Of a DNA stretch of 64,000 nucleotides, positions 35,335 to 48,309 are shown piece after piece. The notes under the pieces are model-generated. The model was not told the origin of the DNA. It did not search any database and was given only the letters and a program-made list of their open reading frames with translations. Source of the stretch: Pristiophorus japonicus (Eukaryota); assembly GCF_044704955.1 (NCBI RefSeq), contig NC_091995.1, positions 57,164,001 through 57,228,000 of the forward strand. Reading direction: 5' to 3'. The position numbers were made by a program, and so were the translations under genes. The stretch's first letter is position 1; every line of letters begins with the position of its first letter.

Positions 35335-36000
35335 ACACGATGGATATCCCGATCCTGGAGCAATACTTGACCTTCTTGTAGGCGTGGACAATCCACAAAC
35401 AAAGTGGGCCGGTGTGAAGAGTACAGGTCAGTTCTGTTACGCCCTGTAACATGCGCAAGTAAGAGGACTGCCCAGGTTGTGACTGGGATGCAAAGCTTAA
35501 GGAGGGAACCTCTTGTTCAACTGATGTCAGGATAAGGATAGCATAAGCAACGGGTCAACGGGGTTACATGTACCCCATGAGATAAGGCAGTAGATATCAC
35601 AGTAGAGGAGCATGACATTTCTGAATGGAATGGGTATGTGGAGTCCGGAGAGTGCAGGCAGGATGTTTGAGTCAGTGCCTTCTTTTAACAGCAAGAAGGC
35701 ATCTTGGCTGGCTGCAGTCTACCACCTTTTTCCTTTTTCAGAGGGAACTATAATAGTTTTTTCATATCTGCAAATTTAGCTATGACCTGTTGGGGTGAAT
35801 TCGAGAAGCACTGAAAATTGGCCCAAGTGTTTAGGTCACAGGGTGGAGGTAACTTTAGTATAAGGGAGTGGGCATTTCCTGTGTGAGGAAACATTGTGAT
35901 CAGGAATAGGTGCTGAATGGGTTTAAAAACTACGCCATTGACAGGCTGAGTTTTAGCCCAGCTTGTGACCGTGCTATGATGGGATGTTCCCCAGAGTCCT
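35335..36000 (-). pseudogene. highly decayed retroviral/LTR pol fragment (RT thumb plus RNase H-like tether)
   Basis: Hand translation across frameshifts gives, in order: AGLKL, LILKLPPP, IAKFAD, QDAFLLLK, ALTQTSCLHSPDSTYPFHSE, PVAYA.LILTSVEQ, TWAV..L.HVTG, LLQDRDI. Confidence 0.6.
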
Positions 36001-36149
36001 GTGGTACAAGCAAGTTGGCAACATGCAACAGAACATGAAGCTCGAACTGTTTGGGCTTTAAAGTAGATTCCATAACTGAGTGAAACTAATTAGTTAAGTT
36101 GTTAGTATACACTTGACTTGTGTCCTGAAACGTGAAACTAATGAATAAT

Positions 36150-38290
36150 TACATAAGGCATAAGAAATAGGAACAGGAGTAGGCCTTACGGTCACTCGAT
36201 GGCTGATCTGATCATGGACTCAGCTCCACTTCCCCGCCCACTCCCCATAATCCCTTATCCCCTTATTGTTCAAGAAACTGTCTATTTCTGTCTTAAATTT
36301 ATTCAATGTCCCAGCTTCCATAGCTCTCTGAGGCAGCAAATTCCACAGATTTCCAACCCTCAGAGAGAAGAAATTTCTCCTCATCTCTATGTTAAATGGG
36401 CGGCCCCTTATTCTAAGATCATGCCCTCTAGTTCTAGACTCCCCCATCAGTGGAAGCATCCTCTCTGCATCCACCTTGTCAAGCCCCCTCATAATCTTAT
36501 ACATTTCGATAAGATCACCTCTCATTCTTCTGAATTCCAATGAGTAGAGGCCCAACCTACTTCACCTTTCCTCATAAGTCAACCCCCTTATCCCCGGAAT
36601 CAACCTAGTGAACGTTCTCTGAACTGCCTCCAAAGCAAGTATATCCTTTCATAAATATGGAAACCAAAACTGCACGCAGTATTCCAGGTGTGACCTTGTA
36701 TAGCTGTAGCAAGACTTCCCTGCTTTTATACTCCATCCTCTTTGCAATATAGGCCAAGATACCATTGGCCTTCCTGATCACTTGCTGTACCTGCATACTA
36801 TCCTTTTGTGTTTCACAAGTACCGCCAGGTCCAGCTGAACTGCAGCACTTTGCAATCTTTCTCCATTTAAGTAATAAATTGCTCTGTGATTTTTTTTCTG
36901 CCAAAGTGCATGAGCTCACTCTTTCCAATGTTAAACTCCATCTGCCAAATTTTTGCCCACTCACTTAGCCTGTCTATGTCCTTTTCCAGATTTTTCGTGC
37001 CCTCCTCACACATTGCTTTTCCTCCCATCTTTGTATCATCAGCAAACTTGGCTACGTTACACTCAGTCCCTTCTTCCAAGTCGTTAATATAGATTGTAAA
37101 TACTAATCCCTGCGACACCTCACTAGTTACTGGTTGCCAACCAGAGAATGAACCATTTATCCCGACTCTCTGTTCTCTGTTAGTTAGCCAATCCTCTATC
37201 CATGCCAATATGTTACCCCCAACCCCGTGAACTTTTATCTTGTGCAGTAACCTTTTATGTGATACCTTGTCGAATGCCTTCTGGAAGTCCAAATACACCA
37301 CATCCACTGGTTCCCCCTTATCCACCCTGTTCGTCACATCCTCAAAGAACTCCAGCAAATTTGTCAAACACGACTTTCTCTTCATAAATCCATGCTGACT
37401 CTGCCTGATCAAATTTTGCTTATCCAAATGTCCTGCTACTGCTTCTTTAACAATGGACTCCAACATTTTCCCAACCACAGATATTAGGCTAACTGGTCTA
37501 TAGTTTCCTGCTTTTTGTCTGCCTCCTTTTTTTTAAATAGGAGCGTTACATTGGCAGTTTTCCAATCTGCTGGGACCTCCCCTGAATCCAGGGAATTTTG
37601 GTAAATTTCAACCAAAGCATCCATAATCCCTGCTGCTACTTCTCTTAAGACCCTAGGAAGCAAGCCATCAAGTCCAGGGGATTTATCTGCCTTTAGTCCC
37701 ATTATCTTACTGAGTACCACCTCCTTAGTGATTGTGATTGTATTAAGTTCCTACCCCCATAGCCCCTTGACTATCCACTGTTGGAATATTGTTAGTGTCC
37801 TCTACCGTAAAGACTGATACAAAATATTTGTTCAGAGTTTCTGCCAAATCCATGTTCCCCATTACTAATTCCCCGGTCTCGTCCTCTAAGGGACCAACAT
37901 TTACTTTAGCCACTCTTTTCCTTTTTATATACTGATAGAAACTCTTGCTATCTGTTTTTATATTTTGTGCTAGTTTACTTTCTTAATCTATCTTCCCTTT
38001 CTTACTCATTTTTTTAGTCATTCTTTGCTGGCTTTTAAAAGCTTCCCAGTCTTCTGTCCTCCCACTAGTTTTGGCCAGTTTGTATGCCCTTGTTTTTAAT
38101 TGGATACCGTTCTTTGTTTCTTTACTTAGTCACGGATGGCTATCTTTTCTCTCACACCCTTTCCTACTCACTGGAATATATTTTTCTTGAAAATTGTGAA
38201 ATATTTCCTTAAATGTACACCACTGTTCATCAACCGTCCTACACTTTAATCTATTTTCCCAGTCCATTTTACCCAACTCTGCCCTCATAC
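36150..38290 (-). mobile_element. CR1 3' part, host of the LTR element at 38291-47151
   Basis: RT ORFs and tail at ~36150; sequence continues at 47152. Confidence 0.93.
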
Positions 38291-41200
38291 TGTTATGTAT
38301 GCAATAAAGGTACAAACTAAATACTGTTTAACTGAACAAGGTACAATATTTCTGCTTTATTACGGCCCAAAGTGCCTGACTCACAAAATGGCTGACCTTT
38401 TATACCCGAACAGTACCATGTGCATGCTGCTCAGTGGCCTCCAACAATGACACCATCTGGTGGCTACAAACAGCACGTACATACATGACAATACCCTCCT
38501 CTGAGATCTTGTCACAGGTTGAGACAGTCCAGTGCTTTATGCTCCTGGGTTGACTGTCTCAGTTCCATTCTGGCCTTGGGTGAATGTGCGGAGTCTGTTG
38601 TGGCTGGTGGCTGGATTGCTGACTTGTTGGGGGTGACAGTGGCCATGTCAGGAATTGCAAGTGCATTTTTATTGAACAAGTCCGTGATGGAAATTCCGGG
38701 TTCACTGATGGCCCTCGAGTTCACTGAAGGCTGCTGATAGGTTGCTTGGTCGTCGAAGGTTTCTTCGTCTGATTGCTCTGGCTCGTCTGTGTGCCTCAGC
38801 TTTGTTTCATCCATGTGTTTCTTGCAAGTTTTCCCATTCTTGAGCTTAATAACAAATACTCTGTTGTCCTTCTTGGCTATGACCGTACTAGCGATCCATT
38901 TGGGACCCTGACCATATTTCAACACATATACAGGATCATTAACAGAAATCTCGCTTGACACAGTTGTGCGTTCATGGTATCCTTGTTGACTCTGTCTTCT
39001 GTATTCACAATGATTACTTAAATCCGGGTGTACATAAGAACATAAGAACAAAGGAATTAGGAACAGGAGTAGGCCATCTAGCCCCTCGAGCCTGCTCCGC
39101 CATTCAACAAGATCATGGCTGATCTGGCCGTGGACTCAGTTCCACTTACCCGCCCGCTCCCCGTAACCCTTAATTCACTTATTGGTTAAAAATCTATCTA
39201 TCTGTGATTTGAATACATTCAATGAGCTAGCCTCAACTGCTTCCTTGGGCAGAGAATTCCACAGATTCACAACCCTCTGGGAGAAGAAATTCCTTCTCAA
39301 CTCGGTTTTAAATTGGCTCCCCCGTATTTTGAGGCTGTGCCCCCTAGTTCTTGTCTCCACGACCAGTGGAAACAACCTCTCTGCCTCTATCTTGTCTATC
39401 CCTTTCATTATTTTAAATGTTTCTATAAAATCACCCCTCATCCTTCTGAACTCCAACAAGGAAAGACCCAGTCTACTCAATCTATCATCATAAGGTAAAC
39501 CCCTCATCTCCAGAATCAGCCTAGTGAATCGTCTCTCCAAAGCTAGTGTATCCTTCCTTAAGTAAGGTGACCAAAGCTGCACGCAGTACTCCAGGTGCGG
39601 CCTCACCAATACCCTATACAGTTGCAGCAGGACTTCGCTGCTTTTGTATTCCATCCTTCTCGCAATGAAGACCAACATTCCATTCGCCTTCCTGATTACC
39701 TGCTCCACCTGCAAACTTACTTTTTGGGATTCATGCACAAGGACCTCCAGGTCCCTCTGCACCGCAGCATGTTGTAATTTCTCCCCATTCAAATAATAAT
39801 CCCTTTTACTGTTTTTTTTTCCAAGGTGGATGACCTCACATTTTCCGACATTGTATTCCATTGCCAAACCTTAGCCCATTCGCTTAACCTACCTAAATCT
39901 CTTTGCAGCCTCTCTGTGTCCTCTACACAACCCGCTTTCCCACTAATCTTTGTGTCATCTATAAATTTTGTTACACTACACTCTGTCCCCTCTTCCAGGT
40001 CATCTGTGTATATTGTAAACAGTACCGATCCCTGTGGCACACCACTAACCACCGATTTCCAACCTGAAAAGGACATTTATCCCGACTCTCTGCTTTCTGT
40101 TAGCCAGCCAATTCTCTATCCATGCTAATACATTTCCTCTGACTCCGCATACCTTTATCTTCTGCAATAACCTTTTGTGTGGCACCTTATCGAATGCCTT
40201 TTGGAAATCTAAATACACCACATCCATCGGTACACCTCTATCCACCATGCTCGTTATATCCTCAAAGAATTCCAGTAAATTAGTTAAACATGATTTCCCC
40301 TTCATGAATCCATGTTGCGTCTGCTTGATTGCACTATTCCTATCTAGATGTTCCGCTATTTCTTCCTTTATGATAGCTTCAAGCATTTTCCCCACTACAG
40401 ATGCAAAACTAACCGGCCTATAGTTACCTGCCTTTTGTCTGCCCCCTTTTTTAAACAGAGGCGTTACATTAGCTGCTTTCCAATCCGCTGGTACCTCCCC
40501 AGAGTCCAGAGAATTTTGGTAGATTATAACGAATGCATCTGCTATAACTTCTGCCATCTCTTTTAATATCCTGGGATGCATTTCATCAGGACCAGGGGAC
40601 TTGTCTACCTTGAGTCCCATTAGCCTGTCCAGCACTACCCCCCTAGTGATAGTGATTATCTCAATGTCCTCCCTTCCCACATTCCTGTGACCAGCAATTT
40701 TTGGCATGGTTTTTGTGTCTTCCACTGTGAAGACCGAAGCAAAATAATTGTTTAAGGTCTCAGCCAATTCCACATTTCCCATTATTAAATCCTCCTTTTC
40801 ATCTTCTAAGCGACCAACATTTACTTTAGTCACTCTTTTCCGTTTTATATATCGGTAAAAGCTTTTACTGTATGTTTTTATGTTTTGTACAAGTTTACTT
40901 TCGTAATCTATCTTTCCTTTCTTTATTGCTTTCTTAGTCATTCTTTGCTGTTGTTTAAAATTTTTCCAATCTTCTAGTTTCCCACTAACCTTGGCCACCT
41001 TATACGCATTGGTTTTTAATTTGATACTCTCCTTTATTTCTTTGGTTATCCACAGCTGGTTATCCCTTCTCTTACCGCCCTTCTTTTTCACTGGAATATA
41101 TTTTTGTTGAGCACTATGAAAGAGCTCCTTAAAAGTCCTCCACTGTTCCTCAATTGTGCCACCGTTTAGTCTGTGTTTCCAATCTACTTTAGCCAACTCT

Positions 41201-42438
41201 GCCCTCATCCCACTGTAGTCCCCTTTGTTTAAGCATAGTACGCTCGTTTGAGACACTACTTCCTCACCCTCAATCTGTATTACAAATTCAACCATACTGT
41301 GATCACTCATTCCGAGAGGATCTTTTATAGGAGATCGTTTATTATTCCTGTCTCATTACACAGGACCAGATCTAAGATAGCTTGCTCCCTTGTAGATTCT
41401 GTAACATACTGTTCTAAGAAACAATCCCGTATGCATTCTATGAATTCCTCCTCAAAGCTACCCAGTGCGATTTGATTTGACCAATCGATATGTCGGTTAA
41501 AATCCCCCATGATTACTGCCATTCCTTTTTCACATGCCTCCATTATTCCCTTGATTATTGCCCGCCCCACCGTGAAGTTATTATTTGGGGGCCTATAAAC
41601 TACGCCCACCAGTGACTTTTTCCCCTTACTATCTCTAATCTCCACCCACAGTGATTCAACATTTTCTTCATTAGAGCCAATATCGTCTCTCACAACTGCC
41701 CTGATATCATCCTTTATTAACAGAGCTCCTTTCCCTTCTTGTCTATCTTTCCAAATTGTCAGACACCCCTGTATGTTTAATTCCCAGTCTTGGCCACCAC
41801 GTTTCTGTAATGGCCACACATCATACCCATTTGTAATGATTTGTGCCGTCAACTCATTTACCTTATTCCGAATGCTGCGTGCGTTTAGGTAGAGTGTTTT
41901 AATATTGTTTTTAAACCATGATATTTAGTTTTGACCCCTCCTGCAGCCCCTTTATATTCATACATATTGTCCCTTCCTCTCACCTTGTGGTTTACACTTA
42001 CCCCAGTGCTACTCTGCTCTGTTGCCTCCCACCTTTTGCATTCTTTCTTGGGGTCCTGTTTATCTGAGCTCTCACCCACTCTAACTAGCTCAGAGCTCTC
42101 TCCTGGGTTCCGAATACTCCTTGCATTGAGGCACCGAGCCTTCATGCTTGCCTTTTTATTACACTTTGACTCTTTAGAATTTTGCTATACAGTGGCCCTT
42201 TTTGTTTTTTGTTTTGGGTTTCTCTGCCCTCCACTTTTACTCATCTCCTTTCTGTCTTTTGCTTCTTTCTCCATTTTGTTTCCCTCTGTCTCCCCGCATT
42301 GGTTCCCATCCCCCTGCCATATTAGTTTAACTCCTCCCCAACAGCACTAGCAAACAGTCCCCCTAAGACATTGGTTCCGGTCCTGCCCAGGTACAGACCA
42401 TCCGGTTTGTACTGGTCCCACCTCCCCCAGAACCGGTT

Positions 42439-43269
42439 TCAATGCCCCAGGAATTTGAATCCCTCCCTGCTGCACCACTGCTCAAGCCACGTATTCCTCT
42501 GAGCTATCCTGCGATTCCTACTCTGACTAGCACATGGCACTGGTAGCAATCCCGAGATTACTACTTTTGAGGTCCTACGTTTTAATTTTGCTCCTAGCTC
42601 CTTAAATTCGTCTCGTAGGACCACATCCCTTTTTTTACCTATATCGTTGGTACCAATGTGCACCACAACAGCTGGCTGTTCACCCTCCCTTTTCAGAATG
42701 TCCTGCACCCGCTCTGAGACATCCTTGACCCTTGCACCAGGGAAGCAACATACCATCCTGGAGTCTCGGTTGCGGCCGCAGAAACGCATATCTATTCCCC
42801 TTACAATTGAATCCCCTATCACTATCGTTCTCCCACTCTTTTTCCTGCCCTCCTGTGTAGCAGAGCCAGCCACGGTACCATGAACTTGGCTGCTGCTGCC
42901 CTCCCCTGATGAGTCATCCCTCTCAACAGTACTCAAAGTGGTGTATCTGTTTTGCAGGGAGATGACCGCAGGGGATCCCTGCACTACCTTCTTTGCACTG
43001 CTCTTCCTGCTGGTCTTCCATTCCCTAACTGGCTGTGGATCCTTCACCTTTGGTAAGACCAACTCGCTACACGTGCTACTCAAGTCATTCTCAGCATCAT
43101 GGATGCTCCAGAGTAAATCCACCCTCAGCTCCAATTCTGCAACGCGGACCGTCAGGAGTTGGAGGCGGATACACTTCCCGCACACGTAGTCGTCAGGGAC
43201 ACTGGAAGTGTCCCTGAGTTCCCACATGGTACAGGAGGAGCATATCACGTGACCGAGCTCTCCTGCCAT
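42439..43269 (-). pseudogene. CR1 ORF1p (Cys zinc finger, coiled coil, SGNH esterase), frameshifted near the C-terminus
   Basis: CSSC..CGKC, IVIGDS, FPGA, VHIGTND. Confidence 0.9.
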
Positions 43270-43454
43270 GACTTAACCCTTAGATACACTTAAATTGGCA
43301 ACAACAATGCTAAAGTTTACTCACTGTTATAGAAGAGAAAAAAGGAAAACTACTCACCAATCACCAGCCAATCACTTACCCCCTTGGTTGTGACGTCACC
43401 TTTCTATTTCTTTCTACTTCTTTTTTGCCTTCTCCCTGTAGCTGCACAAGCCCC

Positions 43455-43811
43455 GCCTCCTCAGTACTGCCCGAACTCCTGAACTCGCGGCCTTTTTATA
43501 GGCCTCCGACCCCGGACTGTCGCCTCCTCAGTACTGCCCGAACTCCTGAACTCGCGGCCTTTTTATAGGCCTCCGACCCCGGACTGTCACCTCCTCCTCG
43601 ACACTGCCCGACTCCTGACCTCGCGGCCTTTTTATAGGCCTCCGACCCCGGACTGTCGCCTCCTCCTCGACGCTGCCCGAACTCCTGACCTCGCGGCCTT
43701 TTTATAGGCGTTCGACCCCGGAATGTCGCCGCCTCCTCGACGCTGCCTGAACTCCTGAACTCGCGGCCTTTTTATAGGCCTCCGACCCCGGACTGTCGCC
43801 TCCTCCTCGAC
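43455..43811 (-). promoter_or_regulatory. five 67-70-bp GC-rich tandem monomers, each with TATAAAAA, at the CR1 5' end
   Basis: GGCCTTTTTATAGGC at ~43489, 43556, 43625, 43695 and 43765. Promoter role is inferred. Confidence 0.65.
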
Positions 43812-46800
43812 AAGAGATAACTTGGTCTTAAGACCTCTTTTCATCATGAGTTCAGCAGGCGAGACCCCTGTGAGTGTGTGGGGTCTTGTCCTGTAACTCA
43901 GCTGTATGCAAGACAAGCGGATCTGCAGTGACCCTTGAGTTTGGATGGCCATGACCACTGAGCTGCATGCAGTGTTGCACTGACGCACGCATGCTTCCAG
44001 CTCAGAATCAATTCCTGGCCACCATACGTGGGACCTGGCGATGCCCTTCATCATCACTATACCAGGATGTGTGCTGTCTAACTCATGCACAAACTTCTCT
44101 CTCCTTTTCTTAGGCATTACAACGCGATTGCCTCACAATATGCAATCTGCTTGAATAGACAGTTCGTCCTTGCGACGAATGTAAGATTTGGCCTCCTCGC
44201 ACATTTGCTTAGGTATGGCAGACCAATCCCCTTTGAGGTTGCAACCCTTTACCACCGATAATATCGGGTCCTGGCTGGTCCAGGTCTTACCTTGTTGAGC
44301 CGTGACAGGAGTACCTTCACTCTCAAAAACATCCATGATTAACATTAAATCTGTCGGTTGTGGCGTTTCCACCTCCGGTGTGGGCAACGGCAACCGGCTC
44401 AAAGCATCGTCACAATTCTCTGTGCCAGGTCTGTGATGAATGACAGCGCCCACCTTTGGATGCAGGATGAAGCGTTGGTATTGATACCTTTGCCCTCGGA
44501 AAACAACAAAATGAGCGGCTTGTGATCGGTCTCTAATTCAAACCTCGGACCGAACAGGTATTGATGCATCTTTTTAACACTGTACACACACGCTAAAGCT
44601 TTTTCTACCATTCTGTAGGCTCTTTCTGCTTTAGACAAACTTTTGGATTCATACGCGACAGGTTGAAGTTTCCCCGACTTATTGGCTTGTTGTAACACGC
44701 AACCAATTCCATATGACAATGCGTCACAGGCCAAAACTAAATGTTTACATGGGTCATAATGTACCAACAGCTTGTTCGAGCAAAGCAGATTGGTTGCTTT
44801 CTCGAAAGCTCTGTCTTGCAATGTGCCCCACACCCAGTTGTTGCCTTTTCTCCATAGCATGTGTAGTGGTTCTAGTAAAGTGCTCAATTTAGGTAGGAAG
44901 TTACCAAAGTAGTTGAGTAGACCCAGGAACGAATGCAGCTCTGTCATGTTTTGCGGCTTGGGTGCATTCTTGATGACTTTGGTTTTCATGTCAGTAGATC
45001 TGATGCCATCAGCGGCGATTTTCCTCCCGAGGAATTCGACCTCCGGTGCCATGAAGATGCACTTCGAGCGTTTCAGTCCGAGTCCCACTCAGTGCAAATG
45101 CAGTAGAACCTATTCCAGGTTGTTCAGATGTTCCCTGGAGTCACGACCGGTCATCAGGATGTCATCTTGGAACACGACGGTTCTGGGAATGGACTTTAGT
45201 AGACTTTCCATATTCCTCTGGAATATTGCTGTAGCCGAGTGAATTCCATTCAGGCACCTGTGGTAAATAAACAGTCCTTTGTGCGTGTTAATACACATAA
45301 GTCGCTTCGACGTCTCAACCAACTCCTGCGTCATATAGGCCGACGTCAAGTCCAGTTTTGTGAACGACTTCCCTCCGGCTAGCGTCGCAAACAAGTCATC
45401 AGCCTTCAGTAACATGTACTGATCTTATTTCGAAACCCTGTTGATTGTAGCCTTGTAGTCTCCACAGATTCTGACACTGCCATCACTTTTCAGCATGGGA
45501 ATGATGGGGCTAGGCCATTCATTAAATTCGACCGATGATATGATCCCTTCACGCTGGAGTCTGTCCAGTTCAATATCGACCTTCTCCCTCATCATATACG
45601 GCACTGCCCGAGCTTTATGATGGATGGGTTTTTCATCTGAGTCCATGTGGATCTGCACCCTGGCTCCCGTGAATTTGCCGATACCCGGTTCGAACAACTC
45701 AATACTTGGGTACATGTATCTTCCTCCGACGACAACGCCTTTATGTCATTCCAGTTGCATCTGATTTTCTCCAACCAGCTCCTGCCGAGCAGCGTTGGGC
45801 CATTGCCTGGAACAATTCACAGCGGTAACTCTTGAACCGCACTTTTATACGACACATTAATTTGTGCACTGCCAATCACCTTTATCAGTTCTTTGGTGAA
45901 CGTGCGCAGCTTGGCGTTAACAGGGCTCAGCCTGGGCCCCACAGTCTTAGTATCCCACAGCTTATTAAATGCCCTCTCGTTCATGATTGATTGACTCACC
46001 CCTGTGGCCAGTTCCATCGATACCGGTAGCCCGTTAAACTTCACATTAATCAAAATTGGTTTACGCTTGGTTATGAAAGAGTACAGTCCATACACTTCCT
46101 ACTCTGGCAGCTCGGTTTGTGTATCTGGATCCGTGCTAGTCTGACTCTCATCCTCCACGTGGTGTGTCGCAGCTCGCGTGTTCATCTGCGGACACTTGCG
46201 CTGGAGATGCCCCACTCTCAGACAGCCTTTGCAACTACATTGCTTAAATCGGCACTGCTGGTGCCGATGATTTGCACCACAGCGCCAACACGGAGAAGTC
46301 GGATACATTCCCGCTGGCGGACTTTGGACAGCCACAGGTTTAGCGAACGCAGCCAGATAGGCCCTGCCATGTGCTGCTCTGCCAAACACTGAATCAATCA
46401 CATTTACAGTACTTGCCGAGGTTCGGTTCTTCACCGATATTTGCTTTCAACTCCTGTCCATCGTCATACACGATTGAGCGATCTGGATGGCCCTTTTTAA
46501 ATCCAACTCCTCCACCGCCAGAAGTTTGCGCAGGATCACCTCGTGGTTGATACCAATAACAAAGAAGCCCTGCTGCATGTCTGCCAACACCATCTGTACT
46601 TGCACGGTCCCGTTAGACTTCTCAGGTCAGCAATGAATTCCACCGCACTTTGGCCCTCCAAGCGAACGTATGTATAAAACCTGTATCTCAAGATACCGTC
46701 ATCTGGCTTGAGGTGCTCCCGTACCAATGTACACAACTCCTTGTACGTTTTCTCTGTTGGATTACTAGGCATGAGTCAATTCTTTATCAGACCGTAGATC

Positions 46801-47151
46801 TGCGTCGTCGACCCCCTTCACTTTGTTGGCCACGAAGTGCTGGTTCAAATGGCTCACAAAGCCTGCCCAATCTTCCCCCTCCACAAATCGCTCTAAAAAT
46901 CCAATCGTGCCCATTTTACAAACAAAGGTTCTTGTATTCTCGTCGCCAAATGTTATGTATGCAATAAAGGTACAAACTGAGTACTGTTTAACTGAACAAG
47001 GTACAACCTTGTTCTGCTTTATTTCGGCCCAAGTGCCTGACTCACAAAATGGCTGGCCTTTTCTACCCGAACAGCACCATGTGCATGCTACTCAGTGGCC
47101 TCCAACAATGACACCATCTGGTGGTTACAAACAGCATGTACATACATGACA

Positions 47152-47810
47152 CATACCTTCATAGTCTCTCTTATTTAAGCTTAGTACGCTGGTTAGAGAT
47201 CCAACTTTCTCACCCTCCATCTGAATTTGAAATTCAATCATACTATGATCACTTATTCCAAGGGGATCCTTTACTAGGAGATTGTTTATTAATCCTGTCT
47301 CATTACACAGGATCAGATCTAAGATAGCCTGCCCCCTGGTTGGTTCCATTACATACTGCTCAAGGAACCCGTTCCTTAAGCACTCTATGAACTCCTCCTC
47401 AAGGCTTCCCTGACTAATTTGATTTGTCCAATCAATATTGAGGTTAAAACCACTCATGATTATTGCTGTTCCCTTTTTACAAGTCCCCACTATTTCCTGG
47501 TTTATGCTCCGACCAACAGAGTTGCTACTGTTTGGTGGGCGTAGTCTATAGACCCTCTGTGACTTTTTCCCCTTATTATTCCATATCTCCACCCAAACTA
47601 TTTCAACACCCTTATCATTTGAGCCAATTTCGTTTCTTACTATTGCAGTGATTGCATCCTTTATCAATAGAGCTACCCCAACTCCTTTTCCTTTCTGTCT
47701 GTCCTTCCGGATTGTCAAACACCCCTGAATATTTAATTCCCAGTCCTGGTCACCTTGCAACCACGTCTCTGTAATGGCTATCAGATCATACCCATTTGTA
47801 TCTATTTGTG
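47152..47810 (-). mobile_element. CR1 endonuclease region, continuation of 36150-38290
   Basis: QGDQDWELNIQG...AILDL...SDHSMIEF. Confidence 0.92.
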
Positions 47811-47828
47811 CATAATTTCTTTACACAG

Positions 47829-47857
47829 AGAACTGGAACTGTCAAGATTTTTACTTG
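47829..47857 (+). other. candidate 29-nt exon
   Basis: tttctttacacAG acceptor and GTAAGT donor in non-repetitive sequence; no stop in any frame. Confidence 0.4.
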
Positions 47858-48309
47858 GTAAGTATTCAAGCAGAGTTGAAGATCTGATCTTAAATTCTCA
47901 ATGACTGGGAATAGCATTTGAGCCATGCTGCCCCTACTTTTCCTGTGGATTTTATGGTGGTTTAATGCTCCCTGTGGATTGGTGAAAACTGCTGCAATCA
48001 ATTTAATGTAAGGAAAGATCAGGACACAGTTTAAAAAGTCCCGGACATGATTTGCCCAATCAAGGGCATAGGACTTCTGCCAAATTTCTGCTTCAATATA
48101 TCAAGGTTACTCAGCTTTTATTTTAACTAAAGGGCCATGTTTTTAAACAGTCAAGGCACAAATTTTTTCATTGTGCCATTCCTAGTTTCGCAGAGATGAG
48201 TACAATATTTATTTACTGGTGTTGTTGCTATGTTAAGTGACCACAGCACAGGTACAATGTATAACTACAAGTAACTGCGATCCAAAATTAGAAGCTTTAA
48301 GGAAACAAA

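Larger units (their letters stand above)
39032..43811 (-). mobile_element. full-length CR1 LINE with tandem-monomer 5' end
   Basis: TTCTTATG tail at ~39032; ORF2 fragments 39175-42310; ORF1 42439-43269; 5' UTR and monomers to 43811. Confidence 0.95.
38291..47151 (-). mobile_element. Ty3/Gypsy LTR retrotransposon (Mag-like), third family, split by a full-length CR1
   Basis: LTRs 38291-38490 and 46951-47151; TSD CATAC; PBS (reverse complement CTCGTCGCCA) 46939-46948; gag/pol fragments 43812-46915 and 38512-39030; FQDD. Confidence 0.95.
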
